Positions 27,194 to 40,252 of a stretch of 64,000 nucleotides of DNA are shown in pieces. Each line of letters begins with the position of its first letter. Position 1 is the first letter of the stretch. The notes beneath the pieces were generated by a model that was not told the DNA's origin, did not search any database, and worked only from the letters and a program-made list of their open reading frames with translations. Both the position numbers and the translations under genes were made by a program. The DNA comes from Paramecium tetraurelia (lineage: Eukaryota), in the NCBI GenBank assembly GCA_000165425.1, contig CT868661.1:221131-285130 (forward strand). Reading direction: 5' to 3'.

Positions 27194-27682
27194 ATGGCAT
27201 AAGAACCCAATCCATTTAGTAATAGTATACAAATATCATCAAGAACATGTGACCTTCATGGACACTAACTGTGCAGCCAAAGCAGCAATGGTCACTGTAG
27301 CTGGAGGTGCAATGGGTTTTTTGATGGCTTTGTTCATGAATGCTGTAGAAATGAGAGACATGGATTATGGTAGAACCAAGTAATCAACTCGATATGTTTT
27401 GAGAGTAATATCATCATTCAATACTAGAGAGATATAAACAAAATGTTTGGAATGGCAAAAGGATTTGCTATTTTTGGTGCTTTTTATTCAATATTTGAAT
27501 GTCAATTAGAAAAATTAAGAATTCGAGATGATGCAACTAATTCATTTCTCTCTTGCATGTTTTCATCTATGGTACTAGCTGCTGAATCAGTTGGATGGAA
27601 GGGTTTAATGATGTCAGGATTAGGTGGAGGTATGTTTGGAGGGGTTATGTATTATGTTTAGATTAAGTTTATGAATCACTGA
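27194..27682 (+). CDS. TIM22: mitochondrial inner membrane translocase Tim17/22/23 family, Tim22-like
   Basis: NCAAKAAMVTVAGGAMG...AKGFAIFGAFYSIFECQLEKLRIRDD, with the conserved Cys pair typical of Tim22. Confidence 0.85.
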
Positions 27683-27699
27683 TATATTTTATTATTAAA

Positions 27700-28326
27700 A
27701 TGAAAAAATAATTTCAATTCTAAAAGAAAAATAAAGAATGGCAATAGGAATTTTAGGATGTAGATGATTAAGCAGTACTAGAGAAAATTGAGTTGCCTCC
27801 TTCTGAAGATGAGGAATAGCCAGTTTAATAAGAATAATAACAAATTCAGTAAAAGAGTTAGGAAGATGGAGATGAGCTTGAAATCGTGGAAGAAAAGGAG
27901 GAGGTTGTTGAATAATCAAATCAGAAATAAAAAAAAATCGAATGGCTGGACTCCGATATTGAAGGAGTAGATGAAATAGATGATGAGGAAGAAATGATAG
28001 AAGATGCTGATGAAGTTGATCATGATCAGAAAACTATTTTTGTTTAAGGACTTCCCTTAAAAATAAGCGATAAAGAGATCGTTGATTTCTTTTCAGAATA
28101 CGGAACAATTGTATCGATAGAAATTCCTCGTAATGAAGGATCTTAATTTACTAAGAGAAGAGCATTCGTTGAATATCATACGGTCAGTGAAGCGTAGAGT
28201 GTGGCCATGTTAGATCTAGAATTGAAGGGATGCCAGCTTAAAATTAGAATTGGGATTTAACAGAATGAGTTAAATAATAATAATAAATAAAATAATAGGA
28301 GTAGAAGTAGAAGTTAATCAAAATGA
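27700..28326 (+). CDS. RRM RNA-binding protein with acidic N-terminus and short RS tail
   Basis: TIFVQGLP (RNP2), RRAFVEY (RNP1). Ends RSRSRSQSK-TGA. Confidence 0.85.
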
Positions 28327-28403
28327 AATAAACCGAATGATTAATTTATACAATTTATATATTTCTTTTAATTAATAGTGTATCATATAAATTTTAATTA
28401 AAT

Positions 28404-28586
28404 ATGGATTTCTTGGGAATCAAAAACAATAAGTTCGTTAAGAATAAAGAACTTAATAAAGAATATGAGGAAATGCTCATGGTGGAAGATCACATTTTGC
28501 AATCGGATAATGAAACCAATATAATTGTTCCAGAATCTCCAGATTTTAAATTCATATAAACTATAAAAAGGAGGAGGATTAGATGA
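28404..28586 (+). CDS. 60-aa microprotein ending in an NLS-like KRRRIR
   Basis: MDFLGIKNNKF...IVPESPDFKFIQTIKRRRIR-TGA, clean ORF with AT-rich flanks. Confidence 0.55.
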
Positions 28587-28975
28587 CGACTAGGAGAACT
28601 TGTTTGAGTTCATTTTTATATTATCTTGTACTAACAATCTTTTAAATATATAAAATTTGTATTTTTTCATTCAGACAAGGCCAAACTCGTCGTTTTGTAA
28701 TTTGATGAAATAACTGCAGATGAGCCAAGTTTGCTACATGTGTTTATACGATATAAATATATTTAAGAGTCCATTATATTAGTTTAAATTGAGTCTATTT
28801 GAAATTCCATGTTTTCAGACACCCCTCTGTGGGAATTATCAAAAATTATAAGTTGAATATTCAAAAATAAGTAGTTATTAAAATATAAGAATATAATCAG
28901 TTGAATATAAAAATATCATTTATTATTATAGAGATTAGTTTTCGCATAACTTTATAATATTATTTATTGATCATC

Positions 28976-30243
28976 TCATAAATATTAGTGGTTTTCTCTT
29001 AAAACACTCTTATAGAATTTGTCAAAGTTTTATCCGTCCTTTGTTTTTGAAAAAGCATAATCCTCCAAAAGCATCATCAGTAAACTCTCCTATCTCATAT
29101 TACATTTGCAAATTTGAGGATGCATGGGAGGTGGTTTAATCAACCAATCAGGCGACTCAATTTCCATGTTGAAAAGACAAGATTCTAAATAATCTAAAAA
29201 TAATTCTTCGCCGTCTCTAATCTCAGTGACGCTTATGAATCCGAGGCCTCTAATGTGATTTTTGTAATGTTGATCAAGGGAAGACTTTGTTTATAAAAAA
29301 TCTTGAGTGGTTGAAAAATATTGAGTCGGCCAAAATTTCATTAACTCTTCAGGAAAGAATGTTTGAGGAACAAATATATCAATCAAACTTACATTAGTTG
29401 ATTTATTCCTTGGAGTATGGTTGATTTTATGACCTAGAGCATAAGGATTTATGTCCTCTCCTTTTACTAATTCATAACCCCCTTTTGATTTATTTCTATA
29501 AGATCTGCTAGATCGATCAGCTAATTCTTTTATATCTGATATTTTTTATTCGTATTCATCAAAACCATAGCCTGGCACGTAAGGATAGTAGATTCTGGAT
29601 GTAAAATCAAAGATTGGCCCATCAAATCTGAAGAAATGCATGTCTGGAGGGGTCTTCTCACTATATGATTTATAGTTGTCATAGATCAAGCCTGGTACGA
29701 AGCCTAATAGGGTGCCTGCAGGAACACTTAAAATAAAATAAGTAACAGCCTTTTATTTGCTGGTAATGTCTCCAAGAAGACTCCTTCCCCTGCATCGGAA
29801 TGATCAATAGTGCTCTCTCTTAGATTGAGTTTGAATCCCAAATTTTGAGTCACTCTTTGAGTCTTTGGCTTGTCCCAAATGGTCACACTGTCGGATGTGT
29901 GTAATTTCAAAGACAGATCTTAAACGGGAAACATATTTGGATCTAAGAGTGCTGTGATGCGATTGACTGCTTCTATTTGTGGATACTGAATCAAGCAATC
30001 AGAACGGGTGGATCTGTGAAGATTGGCGAGTAAGGTAAAGATTTGTGGTAATAAAGACATTTTACTAATATCCCAATGTTCGATTGGATCCAATTGATGG
30101 AGAGCCTCAAAATCTAATTCTTGAGTGCGCAATTTAGCTAGTGCTGCATATCGGAAGGCTAGCTCTTCGCTTTTGAGGTTGGTGTACTCTTTAATAAGGA
30201 TTTTAGATAAGATGGTCGGATTTCGATATAAATGTCTATACAT
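28976..30243 (-). CDS. SET domain protein, SETD9-like
   Basis: STIDHSDAGEGVFL...GTLLGFVPGLIY...NPYALGHKINH...IRDGEELFLDY. An alternative in-frame ATG lies at 30264. Confidence 0.85.
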
Positions 30244-30250
30244 AAATAAT

Positions 30251-30724
30251 TCATAATTTCTCATTTTGTAACAAGTACTTAATTGGTTGGCCTTCTTCTG
30301 AAATCAAGAATTTGCAGAAGTCCTATTTGATTTGTCGTCCATTAGCCAACTTCTCATCATATAATTGAGGGATTTGTCTCTTGAGAAATTTGTATAATGG
30401 ATGGGTATAAAAACCATTCAATTCCACTTTCTAATAGACTTTGAATCCTTGTAATTTGTCAGCAATCTGCTAATATGTGAATTTGTGATCGCATTTAGGA
30501 AAGAGGAGCACTTAATACGGTAGAGATTTCAAATAATTCAATTGATCATTCAATTCAGGAGAGTCGATTGCAACATTAACTATGACTACTTTTTGACCCT
30601 TATATTGAGAGAGTGATTCTTCAGACTTATTAATATCGATGACATTGATTTCGTGTATGGATTTAAATGGAGTTTCAACAGGAGAATCTAGAAACCATAA
30701 CTTTCTTATTCCTGAATTTCCCAT
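30251..30724 (-). CDS. glutathione-peroxidase-fold protein lacking catalytic residues, N-terminal MG
   Basis: LSQYKGQKVVIVNVA, LLFP, KVELNG..THPLYKFLK and KFLI are GPx scaffold motifs. 157 aa, intronless. Confidence 0.85.
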
Positions 30725-30802
30725 AATTAATTTATTAATTTTTATATTTTCCCGTTATTTATAATTTGTATATACACAAATAAATATATTAATTCGTTAA
30801 AG

Positions 30803-31741
30803 ATGGACGACAAACTATAAGAATTGTTCCAAAAAACCTTGATAGAAAATACAAATGTGAATATCTAGAAGATTGTACAAGGATAAGCTAGAGTGATACA
30901 ATAAAATGCTCAACCACTAAGTTAAAAAAATGAGGCTATTTCAATAAAAGATGTTTAGAAGAAGTTGGAAGCAATCGAAAAGAATTTAATGATCTAGGAT
31001 TCAGCCAGGAAGAGAAGAACATCTCGTTATCATTCTAAACGAAGTAGCATTAAAATTAATACCTAAAATGGATCAAATTCACCTTCTCCATATTAATTGG
31101 ATATTGAAGATGCAAAGGATTATGAAGCTGATATTTTAAGAAAAGAGAATCAGCGATTAAAAGTATGTCTAAAGTATCTAAATAGGAACGTTTAGAGTAG
31201 CTGAGATCATATAATGACGACGATAACTCAGATGATTTAAATAGGGAAAGAGAGAATCTCTAAAAAATGAAGTTGGAATTTCAAAGTAAGGATGAGGAAT
31301 TCAAAATTCTACACAATAAATTAGATCTCTTAGAAATTGATTTAAATAAAAAACACTCTCAATTATTATTACAATCTAAAAAATTGGAAGTTTAATAATA
31401 GACTCTGCAAAAGAATGTAAGATATAGTAGATTAATAATAAATAGGAAGAATTAATTAAAGAAAAGAGAGATTGCATCGATGCATTACAATAACAAATCA
31501 ATTTAAATATATCATAAGTGATTTCCCTTAATAAGTTTTAAATATATTTGATATTTCTAGTAATGAACTAAAACAAAAATTACCTTAAAAACTTGGAGTG
31601 TAATTGGATGTTGTTGAATAGCTTATATTATCAACTTTTAAAGAAAGACAAGTTGCATAATAAGAATACTTATGTTTGAGATAATTGAAGAATGTGATTA
31701 AAGACCAATAAAAAGAATATTTAAAGAAGATCTAAATCTGA
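30803..31741 (+). CDS. coiled-coil hypothetical protein
   Basis: MDDKLQELFQKTL..., heptad-rich, small introns at ~31164 and ~31417, TGA at 31739-31741. Confidence 0.7.
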
Positions 31742-31749
31742 ATAACTTA

Positions 31750-34700
31750 TCAATCATCATGATCCACATGAACTTATTAAATGCTTTTAAAGTACTAAAC
31801 AAAATTAATTGGAGAGAACTTTTATTCCTCTCTTTTAACTTATTTTAGTTATTATCTTAATGTTTGTTTTTTCCCACCAATTGTGTTTCCCAAGAGATTT
31901 GTTATTTAGCTGGATAAATGCGGTAATTCAACTCTGGGATCGTAAGGTGGTTCATCTCCATCAGTAAACGAGTCCTCTAATTTCTACTTCAAAGATTTAA
32001 AATCATTGATCATACACTTATCTACTCCTCGTATATCTGTATCATTGGGAGGCAATGCTTGTTTCATATCATTTCCTATAACCAAGTAAACATACAATAG
32101 AAATCCATCTAATTTAGATGTAAGTTCTTTAGATCTTCTATCGTCTATATCGATAGGTTTGTCTCCCCTTATGATGGATAACCTCTCAGCAAGTCTGCCT
32201 ACGCTTTCTATGAATTCATGAAAATTCATCAGGTAGTGCTTGCTGGAAAAGAGTTCATCCTTTTGAGTTATCATTGATTGTAAATAAATTAGATAGCATT
32301 CTCTTTCACTCAAGTCATCACAGATTAATTTCGATTGCACAATCCAATCCTTAAAATCCTATACAGAAATAAAATCATATTTGCACACCTGCTTATCCTT
32401 CTTACTCAATTTGCATATATATTTAAATAGAGATTTCAACATAGCCAATCGATCATTGAGTATGATATCGCATTTTTGATTCCATAACCTACTCTTTCTC
32501 CACATCTAAGCCTAATCGAACTTTGCAAAGTAATCTTGGGCTTATTTGGTAACTAGAGTTATAGCCTCAGTCATGGTAGTACAGATCCCTTGTCGGATAT
32601 ACTTATCATTGCACATTCTTATCATTATTTCCAACAATTAGCAACGTACCAATCCCTTGTCAAATGCTTGTGGAAATGGAACATCCTTTGCTGCAGTCGT
32701 TGACGTAAAACTAATATCAATATCGTTAGTCTTGTATCCATCCATCAATGAGGCCTAGACTAAAAAGTCGATATAGTCTTAAATCATTATGCATGGGATT
32801 GGAGCTGCTAATGAACCAGAGGCGTGATATTTGTATACGTGAAAGAGCTGACGGTAAAGAATCTTTAAATTCTCTTTGATTTCCTATAATTCTGTTTCTT
32901 TTACCAATCGAGTGACTTTAGAATTCTGAAAATCAAATTCAAAGCATTCATCAATTAATTAAGGTGTATCTGGTTGAAAATGTTTAAATATTGAACTCTC
33001 AACTGACCATCTGTGTTTTTTTATATTCAAATAAGGAGAAAAATCAAATTTAGCCATTGGTTCTCTAGGCTTACACTGCACCATTGGCATATACTTGTCA
33101 AACAGTTGTTGTTTATTGGTCGTTCTCAAAACATTAACTTAATCCATTATATTCCCATCAACCAGGATCTCATCATTGTACAAAAATGGGATTGATTGGA
33201 TTTACATATTCTTAATATTTTAATCCATAGCTGGTTGTTGCACTCCAAGTATTGGATTGGTAAAGAAGTAATGTATTTCTTTATTTGGAGGACACATTTT
33301 AATAAAAAAGAACTCATTATTAAGAAATGTCATTAATAAAGGTCGATAATCTTCAAAATCAAAATGAATAAAGATAGGCTCATTGTATAAACTACCAGAT
33401 TTATGGGCTGTCCATTCAAACTTAATTTCTTACCATCCTTCACATATCCAACAAGTATCCAATTTATTTATTTCATTCACCTTCTAAACATTCAATTTAG
33501 TCGATCGAATTTTTCTTGATCTGCTAAAAGGCATCACCAAAGATTCCTCTCGCCTCATATGAGTTTATTCGACTTTAGCTTCTTCCAGCAATTTGAAATA
33601 TTGTGGTTATTTGTAGAGTTGAGTCAATTTATCTTTTAATTACGAATGGTATACGATATTGTTAATCAAAAATCCATTGGGATTGACACACAATTCAGCT
33701 TAATTGCCTTCGAAATGAAAACCATAAATGGTCTCATTTTTTTGAAGTGCATCTGCTATGATTTATGCTTAAGGATATGTGAATTTGTTAAAAGAGAGAT
33801 CTACATGCAATAATTCATTATAAGGTCTGGATACAGCCTTGTTAATTGATTAAGCACATTCAAGAGATGCAATATTGTTATGAGACAAGTCCAATATTTT
33901 AACACTAGTATTTTTGTACATGGCTTTCCAGATGGTTGTACCAGCACTTGCATTTAGATAGTTGTAACCAAGATACAATTCTAAGAGACGTTGAGTCTAT
34001 TTTAAGAGATTCGAAATTGCTGTACTTGAACATTCTGTGATTTAATTATGATGAAGATTGAGTGATTATGATGTATTGTTATTGAGAAGATGTTTCATTA
34101 TTATTTGTGATCCGAGATCCCGAATATTGTTACATTCAAGGTTCAACTTATAAATTTGGTTTTTCCCCGCGAATGACATCAAAATTTCCATATGCATATG
34201 ATTTGATTTGCAATTTTGTAATTCCAAATCTTTCAAGGTGATTGGAAATGTAAGTAGGATATCTCTTAATTACTTTGGAGTGAATTGATTATGATTCAAT
34301 TGCATTGCTTGAATTTACCTGCTTTATTAAGTAAGCATGGCATTGGAGAATGCATTCCCATCTTCACTATTTTTTATTGATCTGCTAGCATTTGCAGTCA
34401 CTAAAGATCTAGTATTTTGAATCAAACCAAAGGTCTTGGGAACTCTTTAAGGTTAAGAGAAGTTTAGACTTAAGTAAAGATTGTGTGGTTGCTATTTATA
34501 TAATTTAGAATAATCTTCGAATTTCTAGGAGTATCGAACTGTTTTCAAGAAATCCTGAGTACTGATAACAGATAATTGCTTGCTTAAGATGATTAATGAA
34601 AACATACTTGCCTAGTTTCATCTTATAAAAGTAATTTGATCTATCATTTGTGGGACTTACCACACTTGGGCTAGTCTTCATCTTTAATGTTAATGGGGAT

Positions 34701-35014
34701 TTGATTTCAATTTTTGTTATATCTTCGTTGTTGATTTATTAAATGGCATTGTGCTCCTTCTCTAAAAAACCTTACCAATCGTTGATTTCCATTTTTAACA
34801 ATTAGTCTTGGGCCTCAAAACTCTCATTCCTTTCTTAGACACATTGAAATCTCTTCTAAAAGAGTTATTTCTTATTTTTCTACTAAGCATTTCGGTCATT
34901 AGTTAAATCAGTATACAGTTCTGAAACGTCACTCTTTTGCAAGAATACTAATTTACGATATGCAGAGGAACTCGAAGTACCCAAGGTTGTTAGTTCAGAA
35001 TAATCATCCTTCAT
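31750..35014 (-). CDS. RNI-like leucine-rich repeat protein, paralog A
   Basis: LNLECNNIRDLG, LYLGYNYL and LDLSHNNI LRRs, followed by CWICEGW and C-terminal FHEFIESVGRLA. Confidence 0.88.
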
Positions 35015-35054
35015 GTTATTATTATATATAAATAAATATATATATAATCAAAAG

Positions 35055-38000
35055 TCACGCTTATTCCATCTCATTCTGTAACATTTCCTCCTCTTTTTGC
35101 TTGAAGTATTACACAACATTAGTCAATAAGAAATTCGATTTCAATTGCTTCTACTGTTGCATCTACTTTATAACAGAGAAGAAAGACAAGACCTTCTTCA
35201 ATTTCAATCCTGTTTAAATTGTCTGCACTGGAACTTGTTTCAATTGTTCCTCCAGTGATGAAGCCTCTACTGCTGGATTATAAGGTTTGTCTTCTTCCTC
35301 GCTCCCCATCTCTTCTATTTATTGTTGCAAGGTCTTTTGCTTTCTGGTCATACACTTATCAAAATCAGTAAAATCTTCAGCTTCCTTCAATTACTATTTG
35401 ATAGCATCTCCAGCCCTCAAGTAGATGAGGAGCAAAAAGGCATCAATCTTCTTATGGAGTGGCTCTTATCTCCTGTCGTCAATACTCAAGATGTCCTTAG
35501 TTCTAATCAACGACAGTTTCTCAGCACATCTACACAAGGCTTCTATAAACTCATAGAATTCCATTTGAAAATGTCTCAAACTATATAGCTCATCTACTTG
35601 GGTTTGCATTGATAACAAATATGCCAAATAGGCATCTCTTTCAACAAAGATGTCACAATACAAATCGCATCTGAGCATGAGATCTCTGAAATCCTTAAAT
35701 TGAATCCAAGTGTGTTTATAGAATTTCTACTTAGGATTCAATTTGGATGTATATTTAAATAACAATTTGAGCATGGGCAATCGATCCTCTATATTATTTA
35801 GTATACATTCTTACTTATTAACATGTCACTCTACTCGTTCCACAATCTCATATCCCTCCAATCCTGAGATCGATCAATCTCCTGTAATCTGGCCTTGACT
35901 AAATCATCCTCAAACAATTTCAAGACACTTAATTTCATTGATTTACATATTCCAGTTCGAGTATACTTATCCAATGCTATTCTTACGAGTACTTCCATAA
36001 ATTGGTATCTTACTAATGCCTTCTCATAAACATTCGGATATTGAATATCCTTCACATTTGATGTAGATATGAAGTTTAAATCAATGTCTCCAGGTCTGAA
36101 TTTGTCAGTCAACACTGTAGTCTAACCAATAAAATCAAAAAACGCATTCGATGATATACAAGGAATCTAATCATATAAATCAACTATTTTACACTGGCTC
36201 CGATTAGAGTAGAAGCATAGAATTTAAAACTAGCAAAGATATATGGGTAATATTCCCTTAAGATTTCTTTAACTTCCATCAACTCCTAAGGATCACGGAC
36301 TATCCTGTTAATTTTTGAAGTCTGAAAATCATATTCAAAGCACTCATCAATTAATTCATCGTTATCTGGTTGGTAATTTTTGAATATTGAGATTTCGTAA
36401 CTCCAAAATGCTTGTTTTTTATTCATGTACTAAGTTAAATCGTAAGTTCTTTCCTCTTCTCTCGGTTTACTGAATATCTTAGGAACATATTTATCAACTA
36501 CAGTATGTTTTCCTTCAGTGAATACTTCATTCACAAAAGTCATTTTGTTACCTTCGATTAAGATGTCTCCATTATAAAGGAATTCTTATAAACCTTGAGA
36601 GATAGGGTGCATTTTAAGGAGTTTGCATAATCATTTAGTTTTTAGCTGTTGTTTAGATTCCAAGAATTGGATTACTGAAGAAATACAGAATCCTTTGATT
36701 GGGTGGACACATTCTATATAAATGATATTCTCCTTGATGAGGGTTCATTAGAACAGGACGATAACCATCAAAGTTGACATGCAAAAAGATTGGATCATTG
36801 TTCATACCTCCAGATTTGCCTGGACTCCAAGTGAATTTGACTTCTTCCCATCCTTCGCAGATCCAACAAGAATCTCTTTGTTTATCTAATTATTGATTCT
36901 ATTTAACAGGTTTCATTCCCCAAATCCTTCTGAATCTATGAAGCTGATGAATTTCTTCCTTCTTTTGGACAATCTTTTTTGGTTAGACAGGAACATCATC
37001 ATCCAATAATCGAAGTGAAGTTTATGGGTTTTTTCTGCATTCCTCTATTTTTTTCTATCTCATTAATTCTTCTTATTGTGTGTCTCTGAGATGGCCAGTA
37101 GCATCTACTGCAAATTTGGGGCAATTTCCTTCATAATGAAACCCATAAATATTTTGATTAACATTTAGAGCCTTCATGATTTCGATAGAGGAGAGTTCAT
37201 CGAATCCGTTATGTGACACATCTATGTGCATCAACTCTGGATATGGTTTGGCAATGACCTTGGCCATTTGCTGAGCACACTCAAATGAAGCAGTGCGATT
37301 GTATGAAATATCAAAAACTTTGACACTCGAATTCTTGTAAAGAGCCTTCCATATGTTGACGCCTCCTTTATTGTTAATGGAATTGAAGTGTAAGTACAAT
37401 TCAAAAAGTACATTTGATTTCTTCAAATAGTTCGATAGATCATTGGTACAATTGTCTATATTGGAATAATGGGAGAATTACCTGTCAGATTGTTGCGACT
37501 CAGATTTAACAAGGTCAGGTAATCATTGTCTTGCAAAGCCACAAAGAGGTAATTGGCACCTAGATCTCCAATCTTATTGTTTTCCAATGAGAGTTTCTTC
37601 ACTCTTGATTTCTGCATGTACTTGGCCAAGGTTTCACAGGCTTTGGAATCCAATCCATTGTTATTGAGATCCAGATCTTGGATTTGTTGAGGGAAGTTAT
37701 CGACCAAACTCTTGATTTTAGGTGAGGTTAATTGATTGTGACTGAGTTTCAATTGAGTGATCTATTTGCATTGAGGAGACTAGAGAGCTTCTGTGAATAC
37801 CCTGATTTTCGACTCATTCCTCAGCATTCCCTGGGATTCAGCAGTTTAGATTGTGTAGTTGGAATTAATTAAGCCAAGGCCAGATTGAAAGATATTGTAG
37901 ACTGAGACTCAATATAAAATTAATACCTTGAGAGCTCTTATTTAATTGCAAATAGATGTTGGGTTATTGTTTATAGAATTAAGCATATTCTTCTAGTTTC

Positions 38001-38766
38001 TTGAAATTTTTGGCAGTGCTTCTGAAGTCCTTTTGATTTATCTTCTGTAGGTTTTTACTATTCATGTAGGATAAAAGTAACTTACTTTCCCAATCTATAA
38101 TTTTTTAGAAACTTTCCTCGATCCGACAAATCATCGTAAGGTAGATCCTGACGATCCTCATAGAGATAAGGTTATTGTCTCTTGAGATCTTCAAGTTTTG
38201 TAGGAGCTATTACCGTAGCACCTCTTCTCTATGGTCTTTGAGTTTAATTTGGTTAATGATGTTTACGATTAAATGGACGCACAGGACTGATCTCCTCTTT
38301 GATGGCAAGTCTTTGTGATAAGACTTGGGCTTCCTCGTTGAGTTGATCAATGAGTTTCTGATCTCCTTGATAGAGATCGTACATAGTCTCCATCCTCAGA
38401 TTCTGTTGCATCTCCTTCAGTTCTTCGGTCTCATTGATGCGAGCAGTATGCATTTGTATCCTCTATCGTATAGGTATCTCTGTAATACGAGTACATGAAT
38501 TCATTTTGGTGGATGGCATTCTCATTTTCACAATGTCGAGTTGCGATTTAACGATGGGAGACTTCTGATTAAGACTGGTCCACGTACTTCGTTAACTCGA
38601 TTGCCTCACTAGATAAGGGCTATGTCGTAGTACCGATCTTCTATGATTCTGGGACCTTGATTTACGATCCCTGTTATTCTTCCTGTTCCTGTTGCTTGCG
38701 AACTTCGCGTAATTTCTCCAATAATTTGGCCGGAGTGTTATAGATCTTGAGTTTCTCAAACAACAT
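35055..38766 (-). CDS. RNI-like leucine-rich repeat protein, paralog B
   Basis: LSLENNKIGDLG and LNLSRNNL LRRs, CWICEGW, and MEFYEFIEALCRCA. Colinear with paralog A. Confidence 0.88.
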
Positions 38767-38776
38767 AATTTTATTA

Positions 38777-40252
38777 ATGAAGTAAATTGGCCATTATACA
38801 TACGATGAAATAAATTGTCTCGGATAAGGAGCATATGGCAAAGTCTATGAAGGATTAAACACTCTCAATAACGAAACAGTTGCCATCAAGAAGTTGGACT
38901 TGATACTCTTCGAAAAGGATAAGTACTTGCGCAAACAAATAGGTATATCATCTATAAAGAATCATCCAAGTTTAGGAGATAGAAATCATGAGCAAACTCA
39001 ATCACAAGAACATAGTCAAATTTGTTGAGCTCTTGGCTACCAAGAAATCCCTATTCATTGTGACTGAAATGTGTCGTAGTGGAGATCTTAAATCATTGAT
39101 TGCCAGCAAAAATATAAGTGAGTAACAAGTATGCCCATCAATCTATGACCTAGGCTATCGACATTATGCTCTAAATACTCGAAGGCTTCAAAGAATTGAT
39201 TAAGAGTGGTGTCATTCATCGAGATATGAAACCAGCCAATGTTCTCAATGACATGGGTACTGTCAAAATTGCAGATTTCGGATTTGCCAAATACGTTGAG
39301 AATTATTCCTCACAACTACTTAAGTCCTGTGTTGGAAGTCCTCTCTATATGGCACCACAAGTCTTGGAAAGACATCATTACAGCACTAAATGTGATATCT
39401 GGTCACTTGGCGTCATCTTTTATGAAATGTTGCACTTTGATGTACCATGGAAGGGCAGAGATGAGGAGGACCTCCTACACAACATCAAAACCTAACCCTT
39501 ATAATTCAAAAATGATCTTAGCAAATTTTCAAAGCAATTTCTAACTATCGTAAATATTTCTATTTATCTTAGACTCTTGTCATTGAAGAAGAGAATCGAG
39601 CTTCCTGGAATCAAATTTTCGATCTCTCCCATACATCTGAATTACAAAAATCTGTTTCTGCCGAAGATATCAATGAAGAGAGCATATAAAAATTACCTAC
39701 TTGGATCCAAAGACCTAGCATTTCATAACGACAAGACAAAAAAGTCGACGAACAGAAGTACCAATAGATTGAGGAATTACAATCACTAAGAAAATAGATA
39801 GCTTATTAGCATTTCATCATGACAGAGTGTTATACAGAACAGATCAATAATGAGAATAACGGAGAATTACAATAGGAGAGTATCAAACAATTGTTGAATT
39901 ATATCAATGAAAACATTGTTAAAGAATCATATGATTTGATCTAGGTAAGTTACATGATTACAATAGGCTAGCGTTGATCTGTATTAGAAAATGTAATAGA
40001 AAAATTTGCTTTGGAAAATGCAAGAACAATTGAATGCAGAGCATAATTATTATATGTAGATGTAGATTGATGCTAAAAAGTTGTTTGCTCTGAACTAATA
40101 TTAAGGGAAACCTGATGATAAATAAATTAATGAAGCAAAAATATAATTGTAAAAATGCAAAAGTTCAAATGTAAACATTTCATTATTGATAACATAGATA
40201 GGCTGCTTCAATGTTGTTAGATTTGATAAATAATTCAAATTGGAAAAAATGA
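38777..40252 (+). CDS. ULK/Atg1-like Ser/Thr kinase
   Basis: LGQGAYGKVY, VAIKK, HRDMKPAN, KIADFGFAK, GSPLYMAPQ and DIWSLG motifs. 3' end depends on the final intron choice. Confidence 0.9.

Noticed and set aside
28669..28860. Small minus-strand ORF or snoRNA/SECIS-like hairpin
   Set aside because: No convincing start, box motifs or associated Sec codon.
30251..30724. Selenoprotein GPx with Sec-TGA
   Set aside because: There is no in-frame TGA at the active-site position and no room for a SECIS before the next gene.
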